Shown: positions 60,198 to 64,000 of the stretch, in pieces | Layout of the letters: each line of letters begins with the position of its first letter | Position numbering within the stretch: position 1 is the first letter of the stretch | Assembly: GCA_964106645.2 (NCBI GenBank) | Contig: OZ067043.1 | DNA from: Podarcis pityusensis | Taxonomy: Eukaryota | DNA: 64,000 bases | Reading direction: 5' to 3' (one strand) | Position numbers and translations under genes: made by a program | The notes under the pieces: model-generated | The model's database searches: none | What the model saw: the letters and a program-made list of their open reading frames with translations, nothing else | Told to the model about the DNA's origin: nothing

Positions 60198-63100
60198 GGA
60201 TAAAGGATCCTATGTTTCTACTAATCACTTTTATGCTGTACATATCAAATAGTTCATTTCCTCCAGACACTAGAGGATGAAACTTTTTCCACAGGTCCAT
60301 ATTCATGTGGGATTATAAAGCAAAAAGCTATTATTCTCTCTCTCTCTGCCTAATATATTTGTGCCTGATAATAGAGAACAGATGAACAATAAACTGCAAA
60401 AATTAAACCAAACTGACAGTATGAAGAAAAATGTGCTCTAAGCAGAAACAATCAGTGTTAAAAGGCTGTGGTATCTGGATAATTGAAGTCACATGCTGTT
60501 GTGTTCTTCTTTTCTTTCTTGGAAATCCATTCATTTTGTAACGTAAGTGTAACTGAAAGTTTCTTCAGCATGTAAACCATTCATAGAAAAAGTTGTTTGC
60601 AGTCCTGTAGCTTTCTTCCAATACCGGACCCTCCTAGATGTTCATACAATGTTACAACTAAATATTCACAGCTGGGTAGCTACTTGGGAGTACAGGGGCA
60701 GAATGACAAGATATGGTGCATTGGCTTAACAACTGAGGCAAGTGCCTCATTGGAAGCACAGGAGAAGACACAACTCTCTTTAATTTTCACAGTGTTAAAA
60801 CTCGCAGCCTGATCCTATTTGTGTTCAGTCATTAGTAAAGCTCCCAGAATTAATTACTTCCAAGCAAGTGTGCATAAAATTTCACTTTGTGAAATTTGTA
60901 ATAAGCTTAATGTGTTTCCAGAGGGGTAGCTGCCTTCAAAAACCATAGTCTTGTGGTATCTTGTTTTTATCTTTTTCTTGTTTTCCAGACGATCCCAACT
61001 CTTTTTAAGAAATTGATTATGGCATAAGCTTTCATGGCAATACAGTATATGATTACTGAAGCACTAAAAATATTTAATAGTAGATACATGGAGTGCTCTA
61101 GTAGTCAAGAGATGTGTTATTATTGTTAGCTCTCACCTTGTTAAATTGATCCTTGTGAGTTTTACCTACCTAGCATTTTCTCAGTGAACTTCAGACATCC
61201 AAGTAAGTATTGTCTATAAATGCTTGTACAGTATCACATAAACTAATTAGCCACTAAGATGCCACTCCATACTCATCTCATTGTAACATACCTGTACAAA
61301 GATGCACCATCTATGTCCATATTTCATAGAGTAGAGTGGCCCAAGACAAAGATCTGTTATATCTTTCAGAGTTGTCCCTGGACTATAAATGATGTAATCC
61401 AGCTATCAAACTCAGCTCACTGTTTCTTAAGCACTTTTTCCTATAACTGTGATTCGCCCCCTCTGCTGTTACCACAATACTGCTTCCTCTTTTTTAATGC
61501 TTCAAAAATTAATAAGCATTGTTGTTTACAATGCATAGCTGGTATAGCACACAAATGTTGGGTTACTCTCCCAATAACTAATGCTCAGGATTGGAACTCA
61601 AGTCCTTGACTCAATGTACCATCATGAATTGCCTTGGTGAATTACACACCATCCACTACACCACAGTGCCCCCTAGACTCTGTTTACAGATATATCCCTT
61701 TTCTTTTTTGCACTTTGCCCTATAAACAGGTCATTATGATGACAGAGGAGAAAATTTTTGTGTGTTAAAAAATGTTCATTGAGCACAATCCCTCTTCATA
61801 TTGCGTCTTTTAAAGTTAATGACAAAACACCAACTAACGTGAACTGAAATAGTATGACCGTGAGCCCATCAAGAAGATTTCCACATTCAAAAACTCTTAG
61901 AATTTCTTAAGTGATACAGAGTGGTTATTGATTGGTTCACCAAACACAATGGATTTCTACTCAAGAGAAATGAGCAGCAGACACAAAGATCTTTTGAAGA
62001 TGCTGGTTCACTAAATGTTCATCATACGATACATAAGAGAACAATGAGAGAAGATTCTCTTTTTCCAAAACAAAGCCTTACACCTATACAGCATCTCAAG
62101 TGCCGGGGAACATGCCAATACTCCACTTACACTATAGTAGAGCTATTCAGCTCTTGGGATTTAATTGCTCTTAACACGCACTGTTATTATATACACATCA
62201 AATTGTGCAGATTGGACAGCAGTCAGCATTATTACAGATCCCAACAAAGCCAGATGCTACTAGTGTAAACTACAGTGTCTCATTCCATTCTGTACCAGCT
62301 GGGATTCCCTTCCACAGTCTCTTAATGCCAATGGCATCTCACGTTGCATTTTTAAGGGTACCTAAACATTTGAAGCAGGAGGAAGACTTTGAAAACACAT
62401 AAAGTCACTCATTAGAAAACCTTCGTCTTGAATGTGAAATGGCCCTGATCTGGATTCAGTCAGGTGAACTGACATCCTTATTTTGTTCTTTCTCTAAACA
62501 TCACAACCCCTCAAGCATAATAAATCACTGGAGCCAGGACACTCAGAGAACTTCAAAAGGGAGTAATCCTTTCAGTGTCTCCAAGCTTACATAGAGTAAG
62601 AAGCTTGAGACATGCATTTTTACTTTTCCCTATGGCGATCTATTTAAAGGGGCAATTCAGCACTGTATCTTCACTATCAAGAGAAAACGGGCGCCATATG
62701 ACAACAGCACTGTTTGTTTTGTAAAGTTCTTTGGAGCACTGACAGTCTGAAGAAAGGAACAATCTTTTCAGATAGAGAGCATCTTTCTGCCCTGGATGGT
62801 TTGCAGTTTTCCTAAAGCAGACAGGTATTTTTCAGGAACAGATAGGATATCCAGACATCCTTTAACACGCCCTTTGCACTACAATTCCCATCAGCCCCAG
62901 CCAGCACAGCCTGTGGAAATGCTGTCCCAAACATCTGAAGGGCACCAGGTTGCCTGATCCACCTGAGTGTCTCAGCCCAAGCTTCTGCACACTTGCCACC
63001 TTTTTGGAATACTCTATGCCTCTGATCAAGAATGGTGGCATAAAAGCCACCATAAGCTAGCTAAGACACCATAGCTACATGCTAGGATTGTCACCTTTTA

Positions 63101-64000
63101 ACATTTCCTCAGGCAGGGTTTCTGTGCCATTAACAGCTGAATGGTAGACAGAAATGTCAAAGGTGAAGCCTTTCCAGGCATGGAGAGCTAGCGCTGCTGG
63201 CTTTCCTGTTGGGTTAAAGAAGCAAGAGCCCTAACAGAGAGGAAAGGTTTGCTCTTTCTTTGTTTCCTATACCCTTTCAAGACAACTACAGGAACCCTTG
63301 TTTTAAGGAGCGCCCCCATTTTAACCAAGACACACTTCCCTGGAACTCCACAAGGTAGAATTCAAAGCAGATCAAGTACTGCAGCACATGCTTTCCCCTC
63401 TTAACACTGACAGGTCACAGATGTGTGTTCCTCTGTGTGTGTGTGTACCAAACAGCACAGCCAAACTTCACCTCTCCTCTCTTTTCTGCAAGCCACATTT
63501 TTACCCCTTCCCTTGGAAAACTGGGGATCTTTCAGCCACAAAGTGGTTTGAGAGCAAAATCAGCTTCAGGACAACTGCTGCTAACTGGATCTTTTCTTGA
63601 GATCATTGCAATTCCTTTCTCCTTTTTCTTTTGAAAGGCACACAAAACACTCCCTCGCTCCCTTTCCCACTACAGAAAATCCTTTGGAGGGCACCTTTGA
63701 AGCCTATTCTTTAACCAGGAGCAGCCAAGTGAAAAGCATGCCTTGTTTCCCTGGCTTCTCCTCAGGGGCCAGCTGGGATGGGAGATGCTTTGTTTACATA
63801 TGAGGCTCAGCTCATTTGCTGGGACATCCATTTTATTTGGACGGGCACCAGGGCTGCTTTGGGTTTCCATACGTTTCTGTGGTTTCGCTGGGTGCTTTCC
63901 TAGAGTAAAATGAAGCCCTTAAAAAAAACAAAAAAAACTTCTTGGCATCAACAACGCCCGGCTGCCCTAGCTAGTGCATTTTGTACACACAGTACAGCAT

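Noticed and set aside
30936-64000. PLPP3 exon 1/promoter or a nested second gene
   Set aside because: No MQNYKYDK-like coding sequence and no non-TE CpG island seen; remaining ORFs (e.g. 32964..33419) lack recognisable homology or splice-consistent structure.

Overview
Vertebrate genomic DNA, almost certainly squamate (Sauria SINEs, BovB, Squam-type SINEs and the MITE repertoire suggest a lacertid lizard; the taxon is an inference). The window holds the 3' part of one protein-coding gene on the minus strand, PLPP3 (PPAP2B/LPP3, lipid phosphate phosphatase 3). Coding exons 2-6 are at 30935-30778, 19789-19506, 18465-18408, 9402-9226 and 2842-2717. All have GT-AG boundaries and consistent phases, giving 803 nt of CDS. 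A ~1.8 kb 3'UTR follows, with AATAAA at 942-937. Exon 1 was not found and presumably lies beyond 64000, so 30936-64000 is intron 1. The rest is intronic: SINEs, truncated LINEs (BovB, L2, CR1), hAT and Tc1/mariner MITEs, microsatellites and candidate enhancers. Most ORFs in the supplied track are spurious. I found no evidence for a novel multi-gene system. The most notable observations are: a perfect 63-bp inverted duplication near exon 5, built from an old CR1 relic; loss of the RGD/RGE integrin motif plus a new N-glycosylation sequon in the PLPP3 extracellular loop; a 3'UTR stem-loop and miR-92 seed site; endothelial-type motif clusters in intron 5; and two resolvable nested transposon insertions.
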